NCBI GenBank assembly: GCA_018240295.1
Contig: JAFEGB010000326.1
Span: forward strand, 94 to 64,093
DNA: 64,000 bases
Direction: 5' to 3'
Source: Pseudomonadota bacterium
GTDB taxonomy: Bacteria > Pseudomonadota > Gammaproteobacteria > Competibacterales > Competibacteraceae
Part shown: positions 1 through 8,422 of the stretch, piece after piece
How positions within the stretch are numbered: position 1 is the first letter of the stretch
Layout: every line of letters starts with the position of its first letter
Notes under the pieces: generated by a model
Databases searched by the model: none
Seen by the model: only the letters and a program-made list of their open reading frames with translations
What the model was told of the DNA's origin: nothing
Made by a program: the position numbers and the translations under genes

Positions 1-44
1 TGCGCTGACGGAGTTCGTGCGCCGGCAACTCTGAGCGCCCGCCC

Positions 45-1550
45 TCAGACCGGTTCGGTGGCCAGTTGCCGGCGGGCGCGGCGGGCGGTCGGGCTCAGCG
101 CGCCGAGGATCAGCGCCAGCGCCGCCAGCAGCAGCGCGAGCGACAGCGGCCGCTGCAGGAACACGCTCGCGTCGCCGCGTGCGAGCAGCAGCGCGCGGCG
201 CAGGTGCTCCTCGAACAGCGGGCCGAGCACGAAGCCGAGCAGCAGCGGCACGGTCTCGCAGCCGGATTTCTGCAGCAGATAGCCGAGCAGCCCGAACAGC
301 GCGGCCAGGTACAGATCGCCCGTGCGGTTGGCCAGCGCGTACAGGCCGAGGCAGCAGAACAGCAGGATCGCCGGATACAGCAGCCGGTACGGGGTGGCCA
401 GCAGCCGCACCCACAGCCCGATCAGCGGCAGGTTCAGCACCAGCAGCATCGCGTTGCCGATCCACATGCTCGCGACCAGCCCCCAGAACAGCACCGGATC
501 GTGGACGATGACCTGCGGACCGGGCTGGATGTCGTGCAGCGTCAGCGCACCGATCATCAGCGCCATGATGGCGTTCGACGGGATGCCGAGCGTCAGCATC
601 GGGATGAAGGCGGTCTGCGCGGCGGCGTTGTTCGCCGATTCCGGTCCGGCGACGCCCTCGATCGCGCCCTGGCCGAAGCGGGCAGGGTCGCGCGCGCAGG
701 CCTTTTCGAGCGCGTAGGACGCGAAGGCCGGCAGCAGCGCCCCGGCGCCCGGCAGCAGCCCGAGCAGCGTGCCGAGCGCGGTGCCGCGCAGCACCGCCGG
801 CACGGCACGCCGGGTGTCGGCCCGATCCGGCCACAGCCGGCCGCAGGGGCGCATCGCCGGCGTGCGCCGGCAGGCGTGCTCCAGTCCGTGCAGCAGCTCG
901 GCGAAGCCGAACACGCCGACGGCGAGCACGGTCGTGCCGACGCCGTCATCGAGTTCGCGCAGCCCGAAGGTGTAGCGCGCGACGCCGGAGTTCGCGTCGG
1001 TGCCGATCAGCCCGAGCAGCAGCCCGAGCACGACCATGGCCAGCGACTTCAGCAGCGAGCGGCTGGCGATCGCGACGGCGCCGCTCAGGCCGAACAGCAT
1101 CAGCGAACAGTATTCGGCCGGTCCGAAGTCGAGCGCGAAGCGCATCAGCAGCGGCGCGCAGGCGGCAAGGAACAGCGTGCCGACGCAGCCGGCGAAGAAG
1201 GAGCCGAGCGCGGCGACCGCCAGTGCCGTCCCGGCCCGGCCCTGCTTCGCCAGCGGATGACCGTCCCGGCAGGTGACGACCGAGCTGGCCTCGCCGGGCA
1301 GGTTGAGCAGGATCGACGTGGTCGAGCCGCCGTACTGCGCGCCGTAATAGATGCCGGCCAGCATGATCAGCGCCGTCAGCGGCGGCAGGCCGTAGGTCAG
1401 CGGCAGCAGCAGCGCGATGGTCGCGACCGGGCCGAGGCCCGGCAGCACGCCGATCAGCGTGCCGAGCAAAGCACCGGTGAAGCAGGCGAGCAGGTTCTGC
1501 GCCCCGGCGGCGGCGGCGAAGCCGAGCTGCAGGTGCCCGATCAGTTCCAC
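45..1550 (-). CDS. tctA: Tripartite tricarboxylate transporter large permease TctA
   Basis: Track ORF 45..1931(-). Its first ~127 codons are Arg/Ala-rich read-through. GTG at 1550 gives (M)ELIGHLQLGFAAAAG, a TctA-like N-terminus, and overlaps the tctB stop at 1541-1543. Polytopic hydrophobic protein with GVLPGLGP and GIYYGAQYGGSTTSILLN motifs. Confidence 0.9.
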   Translation of the reverse strand: MELIGHLQLGFAAAAGAQNLLACFTGALLGTLIGVLPGLGPVATIALLLPLTYGLPPLTALIMLAGIYYGAQYGGSTTSILLNLPGEASSVVTCRDGHPLAKQGRAGTALAVAALGSFFAGCVGTLFLAACAPLLMRFALDFGPAEYCSLMLFGLSGAVAIASRSLLKSLAMVVLGLLLGLIGTDANSGVARYTFGLRELDDGVGTTVLAVGVFGFAELLHGLEHACRRTPAMRPCGRLWPDRADTRRAVPAVLRGTALGTLLGLLPGAGALLPAFASYALEKACARDPARFGQGAIEGVAGPESANNAAAQTAFIPMLTLGIPSNAIMALMIGALTLHDIQPGPQVIVHDPVLFWGLVASMWIGNAMLLVLNLPLIGLWVRLLATPYRLLYPAILLFCCLGLYALANRTGDLYLAALFGLLGYLLQKSGCETVPLLLGFVLGPLFEEHLRRALLLARGDASVFLQRPLSLALLLAALALILGALSPTARRARRQLATEPV

Positions 1551-2035
1551 GGCAGCCCCGCAGGCCAGACCGGCAGCCGCAGGCCGAGGCCGTGCACGAA
1601 CACGGCGACGGCCAGCACCCCGAGCACGACGGCCTCGATCAGTGCCACCCGCCAGCCGGCGCCGCGCAGGCCGGCGCTCGCGAGCAGCACCAGCGCGCTG
1701 CTCGCCACCAGCAGCCCGGCACTGCGCAGCAGCAGCCCGAACAGCACGACGCCGCCGAGCACGGCGAGCAGCGGCCGCAGCTGCAGCACCGGGAACGGAG
1801 TGCGCGGGCCGCGGCAGGCGCCGGCGGCCATCAGCAGGCCGAGCAGCAGCAGCAAGGCCCCGAGTATGCCCGGCAGGAAGCCGGGTCCGAGGTCGGCGGC
1901 CGTGCCGGCCGGATAGCGCCGGGCGATCCACAGCGCCCCGGCGCCGGTGGCGGCGAGGGCCAGTCCGACCAGTCCGTCGCGAGGGTCATGAAACACGGGA
2001 AAGGGGCTCCGCGGGCCGCCGGGGCGTCCGCTCAC
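1541..2035 (-). CDS. tctB: Tripartite tricarboxylate transporter small subunit TctB
   Basis: 164-aa hydrophobic 4-TM-like ORF between tctC and tctA. Its GTG start at 2035 overlaps the tctC stop (GTGA at 2032-2035), which suggests translational coupling. Confidence 0.8.
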   Translation of the reverse strand: MSGRPGGPRSPFPVFHDPRDGLVGLALAATGAGALWIARRYPAGTAADLGPGFLPGILGALLLLLGLLMAAGACRGPRTPFPVLQLRPLLAVLGGVVLFGLLLRSAGLLVASSALVLLASAGLRGAGWRVALIEAVVLGVLAVAVFVHGLGLRLPVWPAGLPWN

Positions 2036-3009
2036 GGCTGGCGGGCCGCGGCGGTGGCGGCGAAATGACGCTGCCAGAGCGCGTCATCGGCCTCGATGCG
2101 CTGCGCCAGCGCCGCCGGCGGCAGCAGCTCGATCTGCAGCAGCAGCTTCGTCAGGCGCTCGCGCACCGGGGCGGTTTCCAGCGCCGCGGCAGTCGCCGAG
2201 GCCAGCTGATCGAGGATCGCCGGCGGCGTGCCGGCCGGGGCCAGCATCGCCTGCCACGAAGGCACCGTCACGCCCCGGATGCCGGCTTCCTCCAGCGTCG
2301 CGGTGTCGGGCAGCGCCGGCAGGCGCTTCGGCGTCAGCACCGCGAGCGCGTTCAGCAGCCCCTCGCGCACGTGCGGCAGGCCGGTGGCCACCGGGCCGAA
2401 GGTCAGCTGCACGCGGCCGGCCAGCAGGTCGGGCAGGGCTTGCGACGAGCCCTTGTACGGCACGCGCGTCAGCGGCACGCCGGTGGCCTGCATGAAGGCG
2501 GTTGCGGCCAGCGCCTCGCCGGGCGTGCTCGCGGAGTAGAACAGCGGTTCGGGACGGCTGCGCGCGTATTCGATGAATTCCGCGACGTTCGCCGCCGGCA
2601 CCGAGGGATGCACGAACAGCGCGAACGGATAGCTGCCGATCGCGGCGACCGGCGCCAGATCGCGCAGGGCATCGAAGGGCGGCGGCGACTGCAGGTGCGG
2701 CAGCGCGACCAGCGAGCCGACGCTGAACAGCAGCGTGTAGCCGTCGGGGGCCGCCTCGACGACCGCGCGCGCGCCGATCGCGCCATCGGCGCCCGGGCGG
2801 TTCTCGACGACGAAGGGCTGGCCGAGCGCCTGCGACAGCGCCGTCGCCAGCGTGCGCGCCGCGGCATCGGTCGGTCCGCCGGCCGGCAGCGTCACGATCA
2901 GCGTCACCGGCCGCTGCGGGTACTCGCCCGCCTGCGCGCCGGCGGGCACCGGCACGAGCGTCGTCAACATCATCAGCATCATCGACAAGGCTGTCAGCCT
3001 GCGGAACAT
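2032..3009 (-). CDS. tctC: Bug/TctC-family periplasmic tricarboxylate-binding protein
   Basis: 325 aa. Signal peptide MFRRLTALSMMLMMLTTLVPVPAGAQA. Bug-family core (YPQRPVTLIVTLPAGGPTD, VVENRPGADG). GGGAGG Shine-Dalgarno upstream of the ATG at 3009. Confidence 0.9.
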   Translation of the reverse strand: MFRRLTALSMMLMMLTTLVPVPAGAQAGEYPQRPVTLIVTLPAGGPTDAAARTLATALSQALGQPFVVENRPGADGAIGARAVVEAAPDGYTLLFSVGSLVALPHLQSPPPFDALRDLAPVAAIGSYPFALFVHPSVPAANVAEFIEYARSRPEPLFYSASTPGEALAATAFMQATGVPLTRVPYKGSSQALPDLLAGRVQLTFGPVATGLPHVREGLLNALAVLTPKRLPALPDTATLEEAGIRGVTVPSWQAMLAPAGTPPAILDQLASATAAALETAPVRERLTKLLLQIELLPPAALAQRIEADDALWQRHFAATAAARQP

Positions 3010-3194
3010 GGCGCCTCCCGTGGAATGGCCGTCAGGGCGGGCACCGGCCGGGCCGGCGGCGGACCGGCACTGCGGCGAGCGCCGTCGACACAGGCTAGGC
3101 AGCGACCGGCCAGGTCCGTGAGAGCCGCTTTGGCATGCATGGCCTTAACCGCTGGTTTAGGCTGAGCCCCGGTTTCCGGCCGGAAAGATGCTTC

Positions 3195-4205
3195 GTGGAC
3201 AAGCTGCGCGCCATCCAGTATTTCGTCGCCGCCGTGCGCGAGGGCAGCCTGAGCGCTGCCGCGCGCCGGCTTGAAGTCAGCGTGCCGGCGGTCGCCAAGC
3301 TGGTCGCGGCGCTGGAGCGCGAGCTTGGTGCGAGCCTGCTGGATCGCAGTCCGCGCGGACTGGCGCTGACCGCCGACGGCGAGCGCTATCTCGCGGTCTG
3401 CGAAGGCGTGCTGCAGCAACTCGCCGGCATCGAGCGCCAGCTCGGCCGCCAGGGGGCAGGCCTGCGCGGCAGCGTCGTCGTCGAACTGCCGCCGCTGCTC
3501 GCACGCTTCTGGATCCTGCCGGCGCTGCCCGAACTGCACCGGCAGTACCCGGAGGTGCAGATCGAGCTGCGCCTGATCGACCGCTCGACGATCACCGATG
3601 CCGATGCCGGCGGCTGCGATGTCTGCATCGTGCTCGGCTGGCCGGAGGCGCTCGATCGCGTCGTGCGCCAGGTCGCGCGCATGCGCCTGCTGGTGTGCGC
3701 GACGCCTGCCTACTGGGCGCGGCACGGCCAGCCGCAGCGCCCGCGCGATCTGGCGCGCCACGTCGCCTGTCTGGTGCGCAATCCCAAGGGCGTGCTGCTC
3801 GATTACTGGCGCTACCGCCGGGGCGAGGAGGAGGAGGCCGTGAAGCTCTCCGGCTGGCTGGTCAGCGATCACCGCGACGCCGTGCTCGATGCCGTGCTCG
3901 CCGGCGAGGGCATCGGGCGTTTCGCCGACCTGTCGGTCCAGCACCTGCTGCGCACCGGGGAACTCGTGCCGGTGCTGCTCGACTGGGAGACGCCCGACGA
4001 TCCGCCGGTCAACCTGCTGCACCGGCCGCTGGCGCAGGGCCCGAGCGCGCTGCGCGTCGTCGTCGAATTCCTCGATGCCCGCATCCGCCAGCTCGAAGCC
4101 GGCCGCGGCGCCCCGCATGCGGACGCGGAACCCGACGCCCGGCCGCTCTGGTACCGCCGCGCCTACGGGCGGGCGTCAGCGGTCGGCGGGGCAGCCACGG
4201 ATTGA
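3195..4205 (+). CDS. LysR-family transcriptional regulator, divergent from tctCBA
   Basis: Track ORF 3135..4205(+). The in-frame GTG at 3195 gives (M)DKLRAIQYFVAAVREGSLSAAARRLEVSVPAVAKLV, a canonical LysR N-terminal HTH. The 20 codons upstream look non-native. Confidence 0.85.
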   Translation: MDKLRAIQYFVAAVREGSLSAAARRLEVSVPAVAKLVAALERELGASLLDRSPRGLALTADGERYLAVCEGVLQQLAGIERQLGRQGAGLRGSVVVELPPLLARFWILPALPELHRQYPEVQIELRLIDRSTITDADAGGCDVCIVLGWPEALDRVVRQVARMRLLVCATPAYWARHGQPQRPRDLARHVACLVRNPKGVLLDYWRYRRGEEEEAVKLSGWLVSDHRDAVLDAVLAGEGIGRFADLSVQHLLRTGELVPVLLDWETPDDPPVNLLHRPLAQGPSALRVVVEFLDARIRQLEAGRGAPHADAEPDARPLWYRRAYGRASAVGGAATD

Positions 4206-4251
4206 GGGGCGGGGCGGTTCAGCTCACCTGATCCGCCTGCGGGTGCACTCT

Positions 4252-4327
4252 TGCGCGCCATCTGCGCGCCCATGCGCGTCATCGGCACTTCCCTGCGCGT
4301 TATGGGCGCTTCCCTGCGCGCCATGCA
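4252..4327. repeat. Degenerate short repeats (TGCGCGYYAT x5, including a 19-21 bp direct repeat cttccctgcgcgYYatg at 4288 and 4309)
   Basis: Read directly in the 265-bp spacer between the convergent LysR (end 4205) and spuC (end 4470). ATGCGCAT palindromes follow at about 4365-4375. Confidence 0.5.
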
Positions 4328-4469
4328 CGAAGCTTTACCCGGCAAGCCGGTTGGATGCGGATTCATGCGCATGCGTGATGGCCGATGGCACGGGACATCG
4401 CATTTGCATCCGGGGCGCATACGCCCGCATCTGACCCTGAGCCTGCCGTCGTCCAGCGGCGCGTGCCGG

Positions 4470-5840
4470 TCAGTTGCGCAGCGCCTGCGCCGTCAGATCC
4501 AGACACTTCCACGCCTTCTCGACCAGTTCGTCGATGCCGTCGCGATCGAGGATCAGCGGCGGGGCGACGATCATCGTGTCGCCGACGGCGCGCATGACCA
4601 GGCCGTTGTCGAAGCAGAACTCGCGGCAGCGCAGGCCGGCGGATTTTTCCTCGGGGAAGCGTTCGCGGCTCGCCTTGTCCTTCACCAGTTCGATCGCGCC
4701 GAAGAAGCCGAGGCCCCGCGCCTCGCCGACCAGCGGGTGTTCGGCGAGCGTGCGCCAGCGCTGCTGCAGATAGGGGCCGGTGTCCTCGCGCACGCGCTCG
4801 ATGATGCGTTCGCGTTCGAGCACGCGCAGCACTTCGAGCGCGACCGATGCCGCGACCGGGTGGCCGGAATAGGTGAAGCCGTGGAAGAACTCGCCGCCGC
4901 CGCTGGCGAGTGCCGCGCCGACGCGCGCGCCGAGCAGCACTGCGCCCATCGGCACGTAGCCGGAGGTCAGGCCCTTGGCGACCGTCATCAGGTCGGGTTT
5001 GACGCCGAAGTACTCGGCACCGAAGCGCCGGCCGGTGCGGCCGAAGCCGCAGATGACTTCGTCGGTGACCAGCAGGATGCCGTAGTGCCGGCAGATGCGT
5101 TCGATCTCCGGCCAGTAGGTATCGGGCGGAATGATGACGCCGCCGGCGCCCTGGATCGGTTCGGCGAAGAAGGCGGCGACCTTGTCCGGGCCGACTTCCT
5201 CGATCTTCTGCGCGAGCTGGCGCGCGCGTTCCAGCCCGAATTCGGCCGGATCGAGGCCGGCGCCCTCGCCGAAGGCATAGGGCTGGTCGATGTGTACGAA
5301 GCCGGGCAGCGGGTGGGCGAGCTGCGCGTGCACGGCCTTCATGCCGCCGAGGCTGGCACCGGCGATGGTCGAGCCGTGGTAGCCGTTGCGCCGGCCGATG
5401 ATGACGTTGCGCTGCGCCTGCCCCTGCAGTTGCCAGTAGCGCCAGATCATGCGGATCGCGGTATCGACCGACTCGGAGCCGGAGCCGGTGAAGAACACGC
5501 GCGTGTAGTCGGGCGCGGCGAACTCGGCGATCCGGTGCGCGAGTTCGATCGCCGGCGGGTGGGCGGTCTGGAAGAAGTTGTTGTAGTACGGCAGCTCCAG
5601 CATCTGGCGCTGCGCGGCCTCGGCGAGCTCGCGCCGGCCGTAGCCGAGGTTCACGCACCAGAGCCCGGACATGCCGTCGAGGATGGTGCGGCCATCGGCG
5701 TCATGCAGATGGGCGCCTTCGGCCCAGCTGATGATGCGCGCGCCTTTCGCGGCCAGGTCGGCGTAGTCGGTGAACGGGTGCAGGTGATGGGCGGCGTCGA
5801 GGGCCTGCCAGTCCTGCTTGCTGCGGATCGGGATGGGCAT
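4470..5840 (-). CDS. spuC: Putrescine--pyruvate aminotransferase (class III PLP aminotransferase, SpuC-like)
   Basis: 456 aa, collinear with the SpuC sequence as I remember it: WQALDAAHHLHPFTDY, GLWCVNLGYGR, FFTGSGSES, GYHGST, DEVICGFGRTG, KGLTSGY, GFTYSGHP. Confidence 0.9.
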   Translation of the reverse strand: MPIPIRSKQDWQALDAAHHLHPFTDYADLAAKGARIISWAEGAHLHDADGRTILDGMSGLWCVNLGYGRRELAEAAQRQMLELPYYNNFFQTAHPPAIELAHRIAEFAAPDYTRVFFTGSGSESVDTAIRMIWRYWQLQGQAQRNVIIGRRNGYHGSTIAGASLGGMKAVHAQLAHPLPGFVHIDQPYAFGEGAGLDPAEFGLERARQLAQKIEEVGPDKVAAFFAEPIQGAGGVIIPPDTYWPEIERICRHYGILLVTDEVICGFGRTGRRFGAEYFGVKPDLMTVAKGLTSGYVPMGAVLLGARVGAALASGGGEFFHGFTYSGHPVAASVALEVLRVLERERIIERVREDTGPYLQQRWRTLAEHPLVGEARGLGFFGAIELVKDKASRERFPEEKSAGLRCREFCFDNGLVMRAVGDTMIVAPPLILDRDGIDELVEKAWKCLDLTAQALRN

Positions 5841-5859
5841 CTTGCCGGGACCTTCGTGA

Positions 5860-5891
5860 GTGCGAGGGAATGCTTGGGTGCGAGGGAATGC
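5860..5891. repeat. 14-bp direct repeat gtgcgagggaatgc x2 (period 18) upstream of spuC
   Basis: Copies at 5860-5873 and 5878-5891, inside the 134-bp spacer between the puuC stop (5975) and the spuC start (5840). Confidence 0.6.
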
Positions 5892-5974
5892 GGAGGGACA
5901 GGGCGGGCGATGGGCTCCGTGGCTGACCGGCGGACGTGCCGCAAATTCCGTCCGCGCCGGCGGCGTGCGGGCGC

Positions 5975-7477
5975 TCAGTCGCCGATGCGCATCCAGATCG
6001 TCTTCAGCTCCGTGTACTTGTCGAAGGCGTGCAGGGACTTGTCGCGGCCGTTGCCGGACTGGCGGTAGCCGCCGAAGGGCGTGGTGATGTCATCGGCATC
6101 GAAGCAGTTGACCCAGACCAGCCCGGCGCGCAGCTGCCGCGAAACCCGGTGCGCGGTGGCGAGATCGCGCGTCCAGACCGCGGCGGCAAGCCCGTACATG
6201 GTGTCGTTGGCGATGCGCACGGCCTGTTCGGCGCCGTCGACGGCGAGCACCGACAGCACCGGGCCGAAGATTTCCTCCTGCGCGATGCGCATGGCGTTGT
6301 TGACGCCGTCGAACACGGTCGGCTCGATGTAGAAGCCGCCGGTCGCACCGCGCGTCGCCGCACCGCCGAGCGCCAGCGTCGCGCCCTGCGCGCGGCCGAT
6401 GTCGATGTAATCGAGCACGCGCTGCCATTGTTCCTTGCTGACGATGGCGCCGATCTGCGTGGCCGGATCGAGCGGATCGCCGGGGGCGAGCGTGCGCCCG
6501 ACCGCGACGATGCGCTCCAGCACCTGGTCCTTGATGCGGCGATCGACGAGCAGCCGCGAGCCGGCCGTGCACATCTCGCCCTGGTTGAAGAAGATGCCCC
6601 AGGCGGCGGCGGTCGCGGCGGCGTCGAGGTCCGGGCAGTCGGCGAGGATGATGTGCGGGGTCTTGCCGCCGCATTCGAGCCAGACGCGCTTGAGGTTCGA
6701 CTGGCCGGCGTACTGCAGGAACAGCTTGCCGACCTCGGTCGAGCCGGTGAAGCCGACGGCGTCGACATCCTCGTGCAGGCCGAGCGCGCGCCCGGCGCTA
6801 TGGCCGTAGCCGGTGACGACGTTCAGCACGCCCGGCGGCAGCCCGGCTTCGAGCGCGAGTTCAGCGAGCTTCAGCGCCGACAGCGGCGACTGCTCGGCGG
6901 GCTTGAGCACCACCGAGTTGCCGGCCGCGAGCGCCGGGCCGAGCTTCCAGGCGCTCATGATCAGCGGGAAGTTCCACGGCACGACCACGCCGACCACGCC
7001 GACCGGCTCGCGCCGGATCAGCGCCAGCGACTGCTCGGCGGTCGGGGCGATCTCGTCGTAGAGCTTGTCGATCGCCTCGCCGTACCAGCGCAGGCAGCGC
7101 GCGGTGGCCGGCACGTCGATGGCGAGCGCGTCGCGGATCGGCTTGCCGACGTTCAGGGTTTCGAGCAGCGCCAGTTCGTCGCGATGCGCCTCGACCAGCT
7201 CGGCCCAGCGCTGGAGCACGCGCTTGCGCGCTGCCGGTGCCTGTCCGGCCCAGCGCCGGTCCTCGAAGGCCGCGCGCGCCGCGCGCACGGCGCGGTCGAT
7301 GTCGGCGCCGCTGCCGGCGGCGACCGAGGTCCACGTCTGGCCGCTGGCCGGGTTCACGCAGGGCAGCGTCGCGCCGTCGGCGGCGTCCTGCCAGCGGCCG
7401 TCGATCAGCAGCTGCTTCAGCGGTTGCAGCGCGGCGGCACGGGCGTGCCAGTCGGCGAGGGTCGGAGGGGTGGACAT
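5975..7477 (-). CDS. puuC: Gamma-glutamyl-gamma-aminobutyraldehyde / aminobutyraldehyde dehydrogenase (PuuC/PauC/KauB-like NAD-dependent ALDH)
   Basis: Track ORF 5975..7531(-). The ATG at 7477 is preceded by GGAG and gives MSTPPTLADWHARAAAL. ALDH hallmarks present: VPWNFPL, GNSVVLKPAE, FTGSTEVG, ECGGKTP, NQGEMCTAGSR, EEIFGPV. The C-terminus GNGRDKSLHAFDKYTELKTIW is as in PauC. Confidence 0.9.
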   Translation of the reverse strand: MSTPPTLADWHARAAALQPLKQLLIDGRWQDAADGATLPCVNPASGQTWTSVAAGSGADIDRAVRAARAAFEDRRWAGQAPAARKRVLQRWAELVEAHRDELALLETLNVGKPIRDALAIDVPATARCLRWYGEAIDKLYDEIAPTAEQSLALIRREPVGVVGVVVPWNFPLIMSAWKLGPALAAGNSVVLKPAEQSPLSALKLAELALEAGLPPGVLNVVTGYGHSAGRALGLHEDVDAVGFTGSTEVGKLFLQYAGQSNLKRVWLECGGKTPHIILADCPDLDAAATAAAWGIFFNQGEMCTAGSRLLVDRRIKDQVLERIVAVGRTLAPGDPLDPATQIGAIVSKEQWQRVLDYIDIGRAQGATLALGGAATRGATGGFYIEPTVFDGVNNAMRIAQEEIFGPVLSVLAVDGAEQAVRIANDTMYGLAAAVWTRDLATAHRVSRQLRAGLVWVNCFDADDITTPFGGYRQSGNGRDKSLHAFDKYTELKTIWMRIGD

Positions 7478-7521
7478 GACGACTCCAGCGGGCTTGCGGG
7501 GGCGGGACGACGGGCCGGAAA

Positions 7522-7533
7522 ATGTGATCACAT
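7522..7533. promoter_or_regulatory. Perfect 12-bp palindrome ATGTGATCACAT in the puuC/puuD divergent spacer (candidate GntR/FCD operator)
   Basis: Read directly. A near-identical copy, ATGTGATCACAa, lies at 12230-12241 in the gntR/puuA divergent spacer. It fits the t.GT...AC.a layout typical of FadR/GntR-type operators. Confidence 0.55.
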
Positions 7534-7589
7534 CCTAGAAGCCAGCGGCAAGCCCCTGTCGCCAGTGCCGCTTACCGGAGATTGCGCCG

Positions 7590-8417
7590 TTGGCCACCCC
7601 GAATCCCGCCCCGAATCCTGCCCGGAATCCCGCCCCGGCCCGCCTGCCGCTGATCGGCATCGCCTGCGACGTGCGCCAGCTCGGCGCGCACCCGTTCCAC
7701 ATCGCCGGCGAGAAGTACATCGACGCGGTCGCGCACGGTGCCGGCGCGCTGCCGCTGCTGGTGCCGGCCTTCGGCGCCGGCACCGACCTGCACGCCCTCG
7801 ATGCGGTGTTCACGCCCGAAGCCCTGCTCGACCGGCTCGACGGCCTGTTCCTGCCCGGCAGCGTCTCGAACGTCGAGCCGCATCACTACGGCGGCCCGCC
7901 GCCGCTGCCGGACACGCCGGCCGATCCGCAGCGCGACGCGACCACGCTCGCGCTGATCCGGCTGGCGGTGGCGCGTGGCGTGCCGCTGTTCGCGGTCTGC
8001 CGCGGCTTCCAGGAGATGAACGTCGCGCTCGGCGGCACGCTGCATCCGCGCCTGCACGAACTGCCGGGGCGCATGGACCACCGCGAGCCGCCGGAGCAGC
8101 CGCGCGAGGTGCAGTACGGCCCGGCGCATCCGGTGCGCCTGACCCCGGGCGGGCGGATCGCGACGCTGCTCGGCAGCGACTCGGCGGTCGTCAACTCGCT
8201 GCACTGGCAGGGAGTCGAGCGGCTGGCCCCGGGCCTGACGGTCGAGGCCGAGGCCCCGGACGGCCAGATCGAGGCCGCGAGCGTCACGGACGCCCCGGCC
8301 TTCGCGCTCGGCGTGCAGTGGCACCCGGAGTGGCGCTGGCGCGAGCACGCGCTGTCCCGGGTGCTGTTCGCGGGCTTCGGCGATGCAGCGCGGGCGCGGG
8401 CGGCGCAGCGGGGCTGA
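7590..8417 (+). CDS. puuD: Gamma-glutamyl-gamma-aminobutyrate hydrolase (peptidase C26 / class-I glutamine amidotransferase-like)
   Basis: 275 aa. Motifs: LIGIACD, GLFLPGSVSNVEP, AVCRGFQEMNVALGG (nucleophile Cys), SLHWQGV, GVQWHPEW. The start is uncertain: TTG 7590 is the most upstream in-frame start and no ATG or GTG precedes the conserved core. Confidence 0.85.
   Translation: MATPNPAPNPARNPAPARLPLIGIACDVRQLGAHPFHIAGEKYIDAVAHGAGALPLLVPAFGAGTDLHALDAVFTPEALLDRLDGLFLPGSVSNVEPHHYGGPPPLPDTPADPQRDATTLALIRLAVARGVPLFAVCRGFQEMNVALGGTLHPRLHELPGRMDHREPPEQPREVQYGPAHPVRLTPGGRIATLLGSDSAVVNSLHWQGVERLAPGLTVEAEAPDGQIEAASVTDAPAFALGVQWHPEWRWREHALSRVLFAGFGDAARARAAQRG
7597..7632 (+). repeat. 12-bp tandem repeat x3 (ccccgaatcccg / ccccgaatcctg / cccggaatcccg)
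   Basis: GAATCC occurs at 7601, 7613 and 7625 (period 12), immediately after the only available in-frame start of puuD (TTG 7590). If translated it encodes NPAPNPARNPAP. Confidence 0.7.
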
Positions 8418-8422
8418 TCGCC

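Noticed and set aside
1-34. Possible 3' end of a plus-strand gene entering the window (...ALTEFVRRQL, stop at 32-34).
   Set aside because: Only 11 codons are visible, so no product or even coding status can be supported.
66-1916. Long ORFs antisense to, or out of frame with, recognised genes. Examples: 66..1916(+), 1417..3165(+), 5936..9430(+), 14360..16069(-), 26934..31058(+), 45676..47682(+), 49788..53468(+), 53401..56244(+), 61882..63837(-).
   Set aside because: Their translations are monotonous Arg/Ala/Pro/Gly/Gln strings with no family resemblance. They mirror well-supported genes on the other strand or frame. Stop codons are simply rare at this GC content.
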